DNA of 64,000 nt from Patescibacteria group bacterium (GCA_041665845.1 JBAYIC010000003.1:35656-99655); one strand, 5' to 3'; positions 45,764-55,578 are shown, numbered from the stretch's first letter. Numbers and translations are program-made. Notes: generated from the letters alone by a model not told the origin.

Positions 45764-48175
45764 TTAGAAGAATAAACTAAGGAAGCCTCGCTTGCGTCTG
45801 AGTTGTTTTTCTTTTTTAACAATTGCGATTGTTGTTGGAATAACTGAATCAGGATTTAAAGATAAACTATTAATTCCCTGTTCTACTAAAAATTCAGCAA
45901 AGTCTGGAAAATCACTTGGACCTTGTCCGCAGATACCAACCTTACGACGGTTCTTTTTAGCGGAAGCAATTAAATTTTTAATTAATATTTTTACCGCCTC
46001 ATTTCTTTCATCAGAGCTACCAATTACTTCAAGAGTTCCGCCAGAGTCGCGATCTATTCCTAAAGTAAGTTGCGTTAAATCATTAGAACCAATGGAGAAG
46101 CCATCAAAAATATGACAAAACTTATCAGCTAAAATTATATTGGCCGGAATTTCTGCCATCATATAAACTTCTAAACCATTTTGTCCGCGTTTCAAACCAT
46201 TCTCCGCCATAATTTCCAATACTTTACGGCCCTCTTCAATGGTGCGGCAAAAAGGAACCATGACCTTCAAATTATTTAACTTCATTTTTTCACGAACAAT
46301 CTTAATTGCTTGGCATTCAAGCTTGAAGGCTGGTAGAAATACTTTTGAATAATAACGACTCGCGCCCCGAAAACCAATCATCGGATTAGATTCAATTGGC
46401 TCATAGGCTTTACCGCCAATTAAGTTAGCATATTCATTGCTTTTAAAATCACTGAGACGGAAAATAACATCCTTAGGATAAAAAGCGGCCGCGATCATTG
46501 CCATCCCCTGCGCTAAACGATCAACAAAATATTGTTTTTTATCATCATAACCGACTGTTAACTTATCAATTAATTTTTTAGCATCTTGATCAATTAATTT
46601 TTTATAATTAATTAAAGCAAGCGGATGAATCTTGATGTAGTTATTGATAATAAATTCCAATCTCGCTAGGCCAACGCCATCATTGGGAATCATCGAGTTT
46701 AAAAAGGCCATATCCGGTTCACCAATATTTAACATGATTTTTGTTTTTGGTTTTTTTAAATCCTTAACGTCTGTTGTTTCTAATTTAAATGGTATTAGTC
46801 CTTCATAAATATAACCCTTTTCTCCTTCCGCACAGCTCACGGTAATTTTTTTACCGGTTTTTATTTTAGTCGAAACATTTTTTGTCCCAACTACACAGGG
46901 AATTCCCAATTCACGAGAAACTATCGCCGCATGGCAAGTACGTCCCCCTTTATCAGTTACAATCGCGGAAGCAATTTTCATAATCGGCTCCCAATCCGGA
47001 TCAGTCATATCAGTTACCAGCACTTGCCCAGGTTTAAAACTAGCAATATTTTTAATACTCATCATCCTGTTAGCTATTCCCGAGCCAATCTTATTACCAA
47101 CACTTTGACCCGTACAAATTAACTTGCCTTTCTTTTCTAGACTATATCTTTCAATAATATTTTTATTATGAACACTTTGAACCGTTTCTGGGCGAGCTTG
47201 AATAATAAATAATTCGTTAGTCCGGCCATCTAAGGCCCATTCGATATCCATTGGTCTCCCATAATGTTCTTCGATCATCATTCCCCACTCAGCTAACTGA
47301 ACAACTTGCTTATCGGAAATCGATTGTTTTAGTTGATCAAACGCAGAAACGGGAATGTTTTTTACCGGATTTTTACCCTTAAAGTCATAAATCATTTTCT
47401 TAGATTTTTGACCGATACTTTTAGAAATTATCGCCTTAGTCGGTTTAAAGAAATAAAATTCATCGGGCGTAACATGTCCCTGAACAATATTTTCACCTAA
47501 ACCAAAAATCGAATTAATCAAAACGGCATTCTTAAAACCTGATTCTGTATCAATCGTGAACATAACCCCGGATGAGCCTAAATCAGCTCTAACCATTTTC
47601 TGGACGCCCACTGATAGCGCGATAGAGAAGTGATCAAACTTCTTATCAACTCGATAAGAAATAGCCCGATTAGTAAACAAAGAAGCGATACATTTTTTAA
47701 CGGCTAAAAGTAAGTCTTTATCACCGGTAACATTTAAAAAGGTTTCTTGTTGCCCGGCAAAAGAAGCATCGGGTAAATCTTCCGCCGTTGCGCTTGAACG
47801 AACTGCAACATCAGTTCCCTTTGATTTATACTGAGCGGATAAAGTTTTATAAGCGGAAATTATTTCATCAGCGAAATCTTTCGGGAAAGGAACAGAAATA
47901 ATTAATTTTCTAATTTCTTCACCGCGTTTCATTAAATCTTTAATATCGTGCGTATCCAAACCTTTTAAGATTTTTTTTATTTTTGTTTTTAAATCGGCTG
48001 ATTCAAAAAAATATCGGTAGGCATTAGCAGTAGTTGCAAATCCATTAGGGACGCGCAAACCTTTTTTAGCTAAAGTGCAGTACATTTCCCCAAGAGAAGC
48101 ATTCTTGCCGCCGACTTCCGGGACATCCTTAATAGAAGTTTCTTCAAAAAATTTAACGTATTTGTTCTTAGTCAT
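45764..48175 (-). CDS. ppsA: phosphoenolpyruvate synthase (PEP-utilising enzyme family)
   Basis: N-terminal VGGKNASLGEM (PpsA ATP-grasp), central phosphohistidine motif GGRTCHAAIVSRELGIPCVVG, C-terminal PEP-utilisers TIM barrel. About 800 aa. Confidence 0.85.
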   Translation of the reverse strand: MTKNKYVKFFEETSIKDVPEVGGKNASLGEMYCTLAKKGLRVPNGFATTANAYRYFFESADLKTKIKKILKGLDTHDIKDLMKRGEEIRKLIISVPFPKDFADEIISAYKTLSAQYKSKGTDVAVRSSATAEDLPDASFAGQQETFLNVTGDKDLLLAVKKCIASLFTNRAISYRVDKKFDHFSIALSVGVQKMVRADLGSSGVMFTIDTESGFKNAVLINSIFGLGENIVQGHVTPDEFYFFKPTKAIISKSIGQKSKKMIYDFKGKNPVKNIPVSAFDQLKQSISDKQVVQLAEWGMMIEEHYGRPMDIEWALDGRTNELFIIQARPETVQSVHNKNIIERYSLEKKGKLICTGQSVGNKIGSGIANRMMSIKNIASFKPGQVLVTDMTDPDWEPIMKIASAIVTDKGGRTCHAAIVSRELGIPCVVGTKNVSTKIKTGKKITVSCAEGEKGYIYEGLIPFKLETTDVKDLKKPKTKIMLNIGEPDMAFLNSMIPNDGVGLARLEFIINNYIKIHPLALINYKKLIDQDAKKLIDKLTVGYDDKKQYFVDRLAQGMAMIAAAFYPKDVIFRLSDFKSNEYANLIGGKAYEPIESNPMIGFRGASRYYSKVFLPAFKLECQAIKIVREKMKLNNLKVMVPFCRTIEEGRKVLEIMAENGLKRGQNGLEVYMMAEIPANIILADKFCHIFDGFSIGSNDLTQLTLGIDRDSGGTLEVIGSSDERNEAVKILIKNLIASAKKNRRKVGICGQGPSDFPDFAEFLVEQGINSLSLNPDSVIPTTIAIVKKEKQLRRKRGFLSLFF

Positions 48176-48267
48176 AAAACTAAATTTACTAAAATTTTAT
48201 TTTTATTTATAGAGTCATTATAACACAAACTTTACTTTATAAAAATAATTGTTTAATATAGAAATAT

Positions 48268-48349
48268 GCGGACGTGGCGAAACTGGTAGACGCACTTGGC
48301 TTAGGACCAAGCGGGGCAACTCTTGAGAGTTCGAGTCTCTCCGTCCGCA
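48268..48349 (+). tRNA. tRNA-Leu (anticodon TAG), class II
   Basis: GCGGACGTGGCGAAACTGGTAGACGCACTTGGCTTAGGACCAAG..., anticodon loop CTTAGGA with a long variable arm. Acceptor GCGGACG/CGTCCGC. Confidence 0.85.
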
Positions 48350-48354
48350 CAAGA

Positions 48355-48379
48355 AAAAGCGCTTTTAAGCGCTTTTTTT
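48355..48379 (+). terminator. rho-independent terminator after tRNA-Leu
   Basis: aaaagcgc/gcgctttt 8-bp stem followed by a T-run. Confidence 0.7.
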
Positions 48380-48434
48380 AATTGTTTTAATTAATCATTT
48401 TGCTAATAAATCCTAAACTTGGTAAAATTTAGAT

Positions 48435-49268
48435 ATGATAAATCTACTACATACTTATCTTCCAGAACCAATCCTCTTTAGTTTCGGCCCCCTATCTATC
48501 CATTGGTATGGCTTATTTATTGTAATTGGAATAATCGCCGCGCTTCTAGTTAGTTTTAGGCTAGGAAAAAAATATTACCATATAACACGGGACGAAATTT
48601 TCGACTTAAGTTTTTGGTTAATAATTTGGGGGATAATAGGTGCTAGAATATATGATGTTTTTCTTCAGCTTCCATATTATATAAACCATCCCGCACAAGT
48701 TTTAGAAATTTGGAAGGGTGGGTTAGCTATTCATGGAGCTATTATCGCCGGATTAATAGTAATATATTATTTTAGTAAAAAGAGAAAAATAGAATTTTTT
48801 AAACTAACGGCTCTCCTCGTTCCTGGATTAGCATTAGGACAAGCAATTGGACGATTTGGAAATTATTTCAATCAAGAATTATTTGGCCTACCAACCAATC
48901 TCCCCTGGGGAATTCCAATTAGCATATTCAACCGTCCGGCAGACTATATAACTTATCAATATTTTCAACCAACTTTTTTATATGAAAGTTTGGGATGTTT
49001 TTTAATTTTTTTATTATTATATAACGCAAATCGTTTGTTAGAAGGATATAAAACATTAAATAAATCTTTTTATGTTTGGTCAACGGTTGCTTATATGGTA
49101 TTATATTCTTTGCTAAGATTCTCTCTTGAATTTATTCGTGTTGATTATGCGCCAATACTCTTTGGGCTTCGCTTACCGCAAGTTATGAGTCTAGTTATCA
49201 TCTTTATTTCAATATTAGTATTAATAATACAAAAAAATGTTTGGGACAAAAGAAAAAATAAAAAGTAA
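48435..49268 (+). CDS. lgt: prolipoprotein diacylglyceryl transferase
   Basis: Lgt signature blocks GARIYDVF, IWKGGLAIHGAIIAG, RFGNYFNQELFG. 7-TM topology. Confidence 0.85.
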   Translation: MINLLHTYLPEPILFSFGPLSIHWYGLFIVIGIIAALLVSFRLGKKYYHITRDEIFDLSFWLIIWGIIGARIYDVFLQLPYYINHPAQVLEIWKGGLAIHGAIIAGLIVIYYFSKKRKIEFFKLTALLVPGLALGQAIGRFGNYFNQELFGLPTNLPWGIPISIFNRPADYITYQYFQPTFLYESLGCFLIFLLLYNANRLLEGYKTLNKSFYVWSTVAYMVLYSLLRFSLEFIRVDYAPILFGLRLPQVMSLVIIFISILVLIIQKNVWDKRKNKK

Positions 49269-50418
49269 TCGTTATAGACGATATATTACATACATCATGG
49301 GATTTATCCTATCAATCTCCGCTGCTTTACCAGCGTATATTCAATCCAGTCTTTTAAAACAGTATATTAATTTAGAGGCAATTAGTTTATTATTTGTTGC
49401 TTCTAATATTATTACTGCGGTAATGATTGGTTTTTTCCCGAAAGTTATCAAAAAATTAGGGAATTATTTTACGACTAAAGCAGTCATGATTACTTATGGT
49501 ACTGCCCTGCTCGGATTAGTTGCGACTAATAGCGTAGTGATAATTATTATTTCATTTTTACTTTTTATAATAAGTTCTAATTTACTTTGGATAAACATCG
49601 ATATTTTATTGGAAGACGCTTCGTCTGATGGAAAAACTGGAATCATCAGGACTCTATATTTAACCCTAAATAATTTAGGCTGGATATCAGCACCGATGAT
49701 ATCGGCTTATTTAGTAAATGTAGGCGGCTATACTTTACCATTTTTAATATCGGCGGCCTTAGTTTTTCCTGTATTTGCCATCCTAATAGCTAAAAGAAAA
49801 AACTTAAATGTTTCTAAAAAATATAAAAAAGAAAATCTCGTAAAAAGTTTTAAAAAATTATGGGCTAACCCAAATTTAAAAGGAGTCTTTATCGTCGCTA
49901 CCCTTTTAAATCTATTTTACAGCTGTGCTGTACTTTACGTCCCCATTTATCTAAATCAAAATTTAGGAATAGATTGGCGAGAACTTGGTTGGATGTTTGC
50001 TGTCATGCTTTTACCATTTAGTTTATTTGAACTTCCAGCCGGATATTTAGCTGATAAATATCTTGGAGAAAAAGAAATTATGTCGCTCGGGTTATTTATT
50101 ATTTTTATTTCTTTAATTCTCTTTTTTCTTATTAAAGTTCCGACTCCTTGGATTTGGGCAGCTGCTTTATTCTTAAGTAGAGTTGGTGCAGCTCTAGTAG
50201 ATTCAATGAGAGATACTTATTTCTTCAAAAATGTAAATTCTAAAGAAGTCGGTTTTATTAATATTTTCCGAATGACTGGTCCCTTGGGATATATAATCGG
50301 TACAGCAACGGCTTCATTCTTCTTAATATTTTTCCCCATTAACTATCTTTTTCTAATATTTGCCGCAATTATGATTCCAGGATTCTATTATATTGCTTTA
50401 ATTAAAGATACAAAATAA
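49237..50418 (+). CDS. MFS transporter
   Basis: 12 predicted TM helices with MFS-like spacing. Overlaps the lgt 3' end by 32 nt. Confidence 0.6.
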   Translation: MFGTKEKIKSNRYRRYITYIMGFILSISAALPAYIQSSLLKQYINLEAISLLFVASNIITAVMIGFFPKVIKKLGNYFTTKAVMITYGTALLGLVATNSVVIIIISFLLFIISSNLLWINIDILLEDASSDGKTGIIRTLYLTLNNLGWISAPMISAYLVNVGGYTLPFLISAALVFPVFAILIAKRKNLNVSKKYKKENLVKSFKKLWANPNLKGVFIVATLLNLFYSCAVLYVPIYLNQNLGIDWRELGWMFAVMLLPFSLFELPAGYLADKYLGEKEIMSLGLFIIFISLILFFLIKVPTPWIWAAALFLSRVGAALVDSMRDTYFFKNVNSKEVGFINIFRMTGPLGYIIGTATASFFLIFFPINYLFLIFAAIMIPGFYYIALIKDTK

Positions 50419-50482
50419 AGTAACAAAAATAATTGACTTTAAACCGATTATTTTATAAGATGATAAGCGTAAAAAGAAGATT

Positions 50483-50555
50483 GCGGGTATCGTATAATGG
50501 TTTTTTATATCAGCCTTCCAAGCTGAGGATAGGGGTTCGATTCCCCTTACCCGCT
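50483..50555 (+). tRNA. tRNA-Gly (anticodon TCC) with enlarged D-loop
   Basis: Acceptor GCGGGTA/TACCCGC, anticodon stem TCAGC/GCTGA with loop CTTCCAA, T-arm AGGGG TTCGATT CCCCT. Confidence 0.75.
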
Positions 50556-50562
50556 CATAACA

Positions 50563-50590
50563 AAAAAGGTGCCAATGTTGGTGCCTTTTT
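50563..50590 (+). terminator. terminator-like hairpin + T-run after tRNA-Gly
   Basis: aaaaaaggtgccaa/ttggtgcctttttt stem with two GU pairs. Confidence 0.5.
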
Positions 50591-50701
50591 TGTATTTTAA
50601 AAATAGAAAGCTTTGAAAAATTTTATTTGACATAAAGACTAATTTAATGTTAAATTACCTAGTTCTTTAAAAAATGTGTTAAACCTTATAAAACGTTAGA
50701 A

Positions 50702-51358
50702 ATGGAAAAACAAGATCATTTGCCTTATCACCAAAGCTTAGTTAAGTTTTTGGAGATTATTGAATTAGATTCTCAGGAGTTTATTAGTATGGAGCCGGTA
50801 TTTATTTGTCGTTTTCGTTTAGAATCTGCCGTGCTTTTGAGTCATATGCAGATTGTAAAAATTCCTGAAAAGGAATTAAACTTCACTGCCGTAAATTTAC
50901 TCTCATTCTATAAAGAATTCATGATTCGTTATGAACATCTGATGGATGAAGCGACTTCTTTTAGTAAAGTAAACGAGAAAGAAGTTATTGGCCATTGCTT
51001 TATGAATGCCGTCCATGACTTAATTTCGCGCCCGTCTGAATCCCCGGAAATTCCGGAATTAGAAACCATAAACTGGTTTGATGTTCCCGACGATCAATCG
51101 GATGAAGCACTGGGCCTTAGATTAGCCGGAGAACTTCTGCTAAACAAGGGGCTCTCTGTAAATCAAATAACTTCTTTGTGCGGGAAAGCGGCCTGGTTTA
51201 TGAAAAATTATGGCGATATCCGATCAGCCGCCATGGAAAAGGTTTTAAAGATAGAATGTCCAAATTTCTTTAGAGAATGGGGCAGTTTATTTATTAAAAC
51301 GTGGACCTGGCCGTCACAGTTAACCGAATCAGAATTTGCAACCGTAAAAACTAATTAA
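50702..51358 (+). CDS. hypothetical protein (GC-richer block after tRNA-Gly)
   Basis: 218-aa ORF with no recognisable family and composition deviating from the flanks. Confidence 0.45.
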   Translation: MEKQDHLPYHQSLVKFLEIIELDSQEFISMEPVFICRFRLESAVLLSHMQIVKIPEKELNFTAVNLLSFYKEFMIRYEHLMDEATSFSKVNEKEVIGHCFMNAVHDLISRPSESPEIPELETINWFDVPDDQSDEALGLRLAGELLLNKGLSVNQITSLCGKAAWFMKNYGDIRSAAMEKVLKIECPNFFREWGSLFIKTWTWPSQLTESEFATVKTN

Positions 51359-51370
51359 AAAAAGCAAATC

Positions 51371-51682
51371 ATGAATCTGCAAATCAATGCACTTCGAGCA
51401 GTAACTGAAATTGTAACTCATCCAAAGGACAAAGTGTATGTCCTCAAAGTTACAATCACAGGGCTTTACCAGGAACGCACAAGACTGCATCCTTTTATCG
51501 TAAGAGCCCTGAAAGCTAGCAATCTATCAGTCGTTGATTCCATGTCACTGGGAGAAACCGGGCCGTCTGTTATCGAAATTCTAAACTGTACCAGCCTTAT
51601 GTTTATTGACTTGGTGCGCAAGAATAATTTTTTTATAATCAAAGAAATCGAACCTGAATTTGAAGAACAAACTGAACAATGA
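51371..51682 (+). CDS. hypothetical protein
   Basis: 103-aa ORF. Its N-terminus (LQINALRAV) resembles that of the next gene. Confidence 0.4.
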   Translation: MNLQINALRAVTEIVTHPKDKVYVLKVTITGLYQERTRLHPFIVRALKASNLSVVDSMSLGETGPSVIEILNCTSLMFIDLVRKNNFFIIKEIEPEFEEQTEQ

Positions 51683-52152
51683 ACACAAATGTATCTCAAG
51701 AACAAATTAATGCTCTTAAATGTCTAATTATAAATTTAGACGGTGACAATGAAGTGAAAAAAGTAATTTTTGCTTTAATTGATGCCAGTGAATGCCTGAC
51801 TAAACCCGTCGCCTATACGACCACCTCCCCCGAATTAATTAATAAAATTAGTCTATTTATTAACTCCGGTGAAGGAATACGTCTAAAGGGGTTGATGAAA
51901 TTACTTGGGGCGAATTTTAACCCTGACAGTAATCACCAATCAACGAAGAATTTCGCAATTACAGCTGATTCCGCATGGCGATTTTCAAAGCACGATGGCT
52001 GTCTCTCAAACGGAAAATTTATTGTCGAAATGCTACCGGGATGTGATGATACAAGAACATTCTGGTTATCATTTCACTCGTATGATCCTGATGCCGCTCA
52101 AATCTCCGAAGCGCAAGTTAATCAGATGGGGCTGCCTATCTTGGTAACATAA
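51679..52152 (+). CDS. hypothetical protein
   Basis: 157-aa ORF overlapping the previous stop by 4 nt. N-terminus EQINALKCL. The stop codon lies inside a tandem 14-nt direct repeat. Confidence 0.4.
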   Translation: MNTNVSQEQINALKCLIINLDGDNEVKKVIFALIDASECLTKPVAYTTTSPELINKISLFINSGEGIRLKGLMKLLGANFNPDSNHQSTKNFAITADSAWRFSKHDGCLSNGKFIVEMLPGCDDTRTFWLSFHSYDPDAAQISEAQVNQMGLPILVT

Positions 52153-52169
52153 CTATTGGTAACATAACT
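52141..52169. repeat. tandem direct repeat 2 x ttggtaacataact (1-nt spacer)
   Basis: Exact 14-nt copies at 52141-52154 and 52156-52169, spanning the stop codon of the last hypothetical gene. Confidence 0.9.
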
Positions 52170-52178
52170 TAATAGCAA

Positions 52179-52209
52179 GGCCGGGTGTAACACTATCCCG
52201 GCCTTTTTT
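52179..52209 (+). terminator. rho-independent terminator
   Basis: ggccggg/cccggcc stem, 11-nt loop, T-run. Confidence 0.7.
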
Positions 52210-52272
52210 ATTTCTCCCATTGATTTATTCTTAATAATGAGTTAACATTACTATTATTTACTATCTATTTAT

Positions 52273-52395
52273 ATGGCAAAAAGATCTACCGGAGTTGGAA
52301 AAATGAAGAAATCACATTCCCCTAAAACCAAGAAACGTTTAGAAATTAAACGTTTAATGCTTGAAGAGAAGGCGGCAAAAAGAAAAAAGGGCTAA
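52273..52395 (+). CDS. small basic protein (40 aa), not in ORF track
   Basis: ATG...TAA reads MAKRSTGVGKMKKSHSPKTKKRLEIKRLMLEEKAAKRKKG (about one third K/R). Sits between two terminators (52179-52209 and 52425-52452), so it looks like a stand-alone transcription unit. Confidence 0.3.
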   Translation: MAKRSTGVGKMKKSHSPKTKKRLEIKRLMLEEKAAKRKKG

Positions 52396-52424
52396 ACTAT
52401 AAGCATATTTCTTAAACAACTCAC

Positions 52425-52452
52425 CAAAAAACAGGCCTTAAGCCTGTTTTTT
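52425..52452. terminator. bidirectional rho-independent terminator
   Basis: acaggc/gcctgt stem flanked by an A-run and a T-run. Serves the small ORF on the plus strand and the DoxX-like gene on the minus strand. Confidence 0.6.
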
Positions 52453-52473
52453 GTTATATAAGAACCTAAAATT

Positions 52474-52890
52474 CTATTTTTTGCTCAACTTTAATAAAGA
52501 TACTAAAATTATTAAAAAAACAAAATGCATGAAAAAATCGGTTACAGTAGCATCAAAAACAAATAACTCTTCCGCTTTATCAATAATTCCCTGCCCATTA
52601 ATCATTAAGGCTCGACTAAGAGCAACAATTAAAAACAAACTAAAAATTAAAGATATTTGTTTAACAAATTTATTAAATAGCAGCGTCATACCGCCGCCGA
52701 TTTCAATAATCAGAATAAGCCAAGTAAAAAAAGATGGCAATTCCAATTTTATTAATTCATTTTCAGCTGCTACCGGATTAAATATTCTGTAAACCCCGGC
52801 CGAGATAAAAACAACGGCCATCAAAGTTCGCAGAATATCATGAGGCTCAATAATTATTTTTTTAAAATTTCCCAAAGTCATATTTAACAA
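52474..52890 (-). CDS. DoxX-family small membrane protein
   Basis: Four hydrophobic helices at DoxX-like length (138 aa). Confidence 0.45.
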   Translation of the reverse strand: MLNMTLGNFKKIIIEPHDILRTLMAVVFISAGVYRIFNPVAAENELIKLELPSFFTWLILIIEIGGGMTLLFNKFVKQISLIFSLFLIVALSRALMINGQGIIDKAEELFVFDATVTDFFMHFVFLIILVSLLKLSKK

Positions 52891-53569
52891 TTTGTTTTTT
52901 TATTGTTCGATTAGTAATTGTAAATAAACCCATTTTTAAATATTTCCAGCCGACATTCCAAAACCCTTCCTTCTCTATTCGACGTGAAGAATATAATAAC
53001 TTAGTTGATTTTATAATTCTGAATTTTCCTTGTTTCGATAATCGGGCGCAATAATCATAATCTTCTGCAAGCACAACTTTTAAATCGAAGCCATTTATCT
53101 TTTCATGAGCACTGCGCATTGCCATCAAACCGGCGCCAACCGCAGCCGGATGTTTTGAGCACTGCTTTAGAAAACAAACTAAATTATAAATAAAAGAATA
53201 AAGATTGTAAGACAATTTATTCGGATTAAAAACAAAAAAGAAACCAGCGGCGATAAGATTATTATTAATAAATTCCTGATAAGAATTCTTTAAAAAATTA
53301 ATCGGTAGAACAGAATCAGCGTCTAAAAATAATAATACTTCCCCTTTAGCAATTTCGGCTCCATGATTGCGTTGAGCGGATGGATGTTTAATCTTTGGAT
53401 TAATAGTTACTCGAGCGCCGAATTCTTCTGCAATCATAATAGTACGGTCGACTGAACCGCCATCAGAAATAATTATTTCATAATCAGAAAATTCTTGTTT
53501 TTTAATCGAATCCAAAAGACGCGGCAAATACTTTTCCTCATTCAAAGCTGGAATAACAATTGATAACAT
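52862..53569 (-). CDS. GT2 family glycosyltransferase
   Basis: LSIVIPALNEEKYL (N-terminal GT-A motif) and DADSVLP (DxD). Confidence 0.75.
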   Translation of the reverse strand: MLSIVIPALNEEKYLPRLLDSIKKQEFSDYEIIISDGGSVDRTIMIAEEFGARVTINPKIKHPSAQRNHGAEIAKGEVLLFLDADSVLPINFLKNSYQEFINNNLIAAGFFFVFNPNKLSYNLYSFIYNLVCFLKQCSKHPAAVGAGLMAMRSAHEKINGFDLKVVLAEDYDYCARLSKQGKFRIIKSTKLLYSSRRIEKEGFWNVGWKYLKMGLFTITNRTIKKQIVKYDFGKF

Positions 53570-53573
53570 AAAC

Positions 53574-54614
53574 TTAAAATATTGTCCGGGCTAATTCCCA
53601 ATAACTTTTATCATCATTCTTATATTGATAATACCACCATTCAACTCCCCAAAGATAAGCTTTAGAAAAATCGATATTAATTCCATATTGAAGATTAGCC
53701 TTAAACTGTTCTAAATTAAACGATTTATCAGCCTCCCGTTTAGAAAGATAAATGATATTTCCGTGAGGAACCCAGGGCTCTGCTTGCAACTCAATAATTA
53801 ATCGATCCTCTTTAGGGATTCCAGCGAAATAAGCTTTTAAGCCATAAAACCAAGCTGGAATAGGATAACGAACGTATCCGCTCCAATTACCCCAAACAAC
53901 TCGATAGACCGTACTCCCAAAAATATCGGCTAATTTTGCCTCTCTTTTCCAAGTACTTAATTCTCCGGTTGCCGAAATAATAACCGGCCGAGAATCAAGA
54001 GTCTTAACTGTTTCTAGTTCTTTTTGAAAAAACCACTCATCGCTAGGCGGACATACTCCAAATTCATTAAAAAATGGTTCATTTTCTAATTGCCAAGCAG
54101 TAATTGCTTCTCTATCTTTATAATGATTAACCGTATTGGTAAGCATTCTAACCGTTCTTGCTTGGGTTACCGATAAGTTTTCTTTGTTGGTCCATTCCGG
54201 AGCATGACATTCTGGCCAACGCGGTAAACGCCAACCAATATTAACAATAAAATTAACTCCACGTTTTTGCCCCTCGCTAATTATGTAATCATAATCAGTA
54301 AAATCAAATACTCCGGGAGTTTTTTCAATCTCATCCCAATATATAGGTAGTCTAATTTCTTTAACTTTTAAATCATCCAGTACCGCTAAATAAACTTCTT
54401 TGGGGTCCAGTCCCATTTCTCGACAAAATTTTGTCGAAAAAGTAACTCCAAAAAATCCAGGTTTGTATTGTAAATTTTTTTCTAACGGATAATTATTAGC
54501 AATCTTAAAAAAATAAAATATAATTGCAATAACTAAAATAATACCAATCAAAAAGATCTTTTTAAAGTACTTAATTATTAAATTGTTTTTTTTAAAAAAG
54601 TTTCTTATCAACAT
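53574..54614 (-). CDS. membrane-anchored clan GH-A (TIM-barrel) glycoside hydrolase-like protein
   Basis: N-terminal TM anchor. WQLENEP (the NEP catalytic acid/base motif of GH5-like enzymes) and a later IIELQAEPW candidate nucleophile region. Confidence 0.5.
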   Translation of the reverse strand: MLIRNFFKKNNLIIKYFKKIFLIGIILVIAIIFYFFKIANNYPLEKNLQYKPGFFGVTFSTKFCREMGLDPKEVYLAVLDDLKVKEIRLPIYWDEIEKTPGVFDFTDYDYIISEGQKRGVNFIVNIGWRLPRWPECHAPEWTNKENLSVTQARTVRMLTNTVNHYKDREAITAWQLENEPFFNEFGVCPPSDEWFFQKELETVKTLDSRPVIISATGELSTWKREAKLADIFGSTVYRVVWGNWSGYVRYPIPAWFYGLKAYFAGIPKEDRLIIELQAEPWVPHGNIIYLSKREADKSFNLEQFKANLQYGINIDFSKAYLWGVEWWYYQYKNDDKSYWELARTIF

Positions 54615-54642
54615 AGACTAAAAGATGGTATAAAAATTAATT

Positions 54643-55578
54643 TTAAGTAGCAATAAAATAAAGACCGATCATAATTAAAATAACCGCCAAGGTTTTCTGT
54701 AAAATTATTTTCCAAGAAAAATTAACTTTTAATAACTTAGGAGATAAAACTGCTAACCCGGCGCTGATAATTAAAAGAAAAGCGTATTGAAAGCCTTGCA
54801 AAGCATTAACGATAGCTACTGACCCTAAAAAAATAGCATAATTTTGCAACATAAATCCAGACGCTCCTAAAATTTGATTAAATACAACTAGTGTATTATT
54901 TTTATTAGGATTTTTTTTCTTAAATAAAGAAATAATTTTTTCTCGATCAGTCTTTCTAATTAAAAAAATCAAAACAAACAAACCGGCGCCTAATCTATTC
55001 CAAAGAAAAGCGCTTAAAAATGGTTGATCAGCGTAAGTATATTTACTAATAATAAAATAAGATGAATATGCTAGGGCTGAAAGAAGAGCAACCCATAAAC
55101 CACCGCTACCGATGTTTTGATTCACCTGTAACTTATTTAGAACTCTTGTAAGATAACTACGAGATTGAGGTAAAAAGGCGATTACAATTGCTCCAATTAA
55201 AAGAAGCGTCATTCCCAACCATTGATTTGAAGTAAAGCTTTCCTTGAAGAACAAAATAGAAAAAATAATCGAAAACACTGGCGTTAAACCACCGATAAAA
55301 ACTAGAATTCTGGCGGCTTCGCCTCTTTTTAAGGCTTCGTATAAAGACCATAGAGCAACGGCAAATACAAAACCCGCAAATAAGTTAAGAAATAATAAAA
55401 AAAATCCCGGCCATTTTAAAAACCAGGGGGCGATAACTAAAACGATTAAACCTAAAATACAAGCAGCAAAAGCATAAGCCTTAGCACTTTTCAAAACATT
55501 ATCAACTACAAACTTATCAAGCAAATTAGCAACTGCTAACAATAAATAAGCGCTAAGTGCAACAATGAGCCAACTCAT
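54643..55578 (-). CDS. EamA/DMT-superfamily transporter
   Basis: 10 predicted TM helices in two five-helix halves. Confidence 0.55.
   Translation of the reverse strand: MSWLIVALSAYLLLAVANLLDKFVVDNVLKSAKAYAFAACILGLIVLVIAPWFLKWPGFFLLFLNLFAGFVFAVALWSLYEALKRGEAARILVFIGGLTPVFSIIFSILFFKESFTSNQWLGMTLLLIGAIVIAFLPQSRSYLTRVLNKLQVNQNIGSGGLWVALLSALAYSSYFIISKYTYADQPFLSAFLWNRLGAGLFVLIFLIRKTDREKIISLFKKKNPNKNNTLVVFNQILGASGFMLQNYAIFLGSVAIVNALQGFQYAFLLIISAGLAVLSPKLLKVNFSWKIILQKTLAVILIMIGLYFIAT

Noticed and set aside
50483-52210. Calling the tRNA-Gly-adjacent block a mobile element or prophage remnant
   Set aside because: No integrase, recombinase or transposase is present, nor an att-like duplication of the tRNA 3' end. 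Only compositional and positional hints exist, so it is reported as a finding and not as a mobile_element feature.
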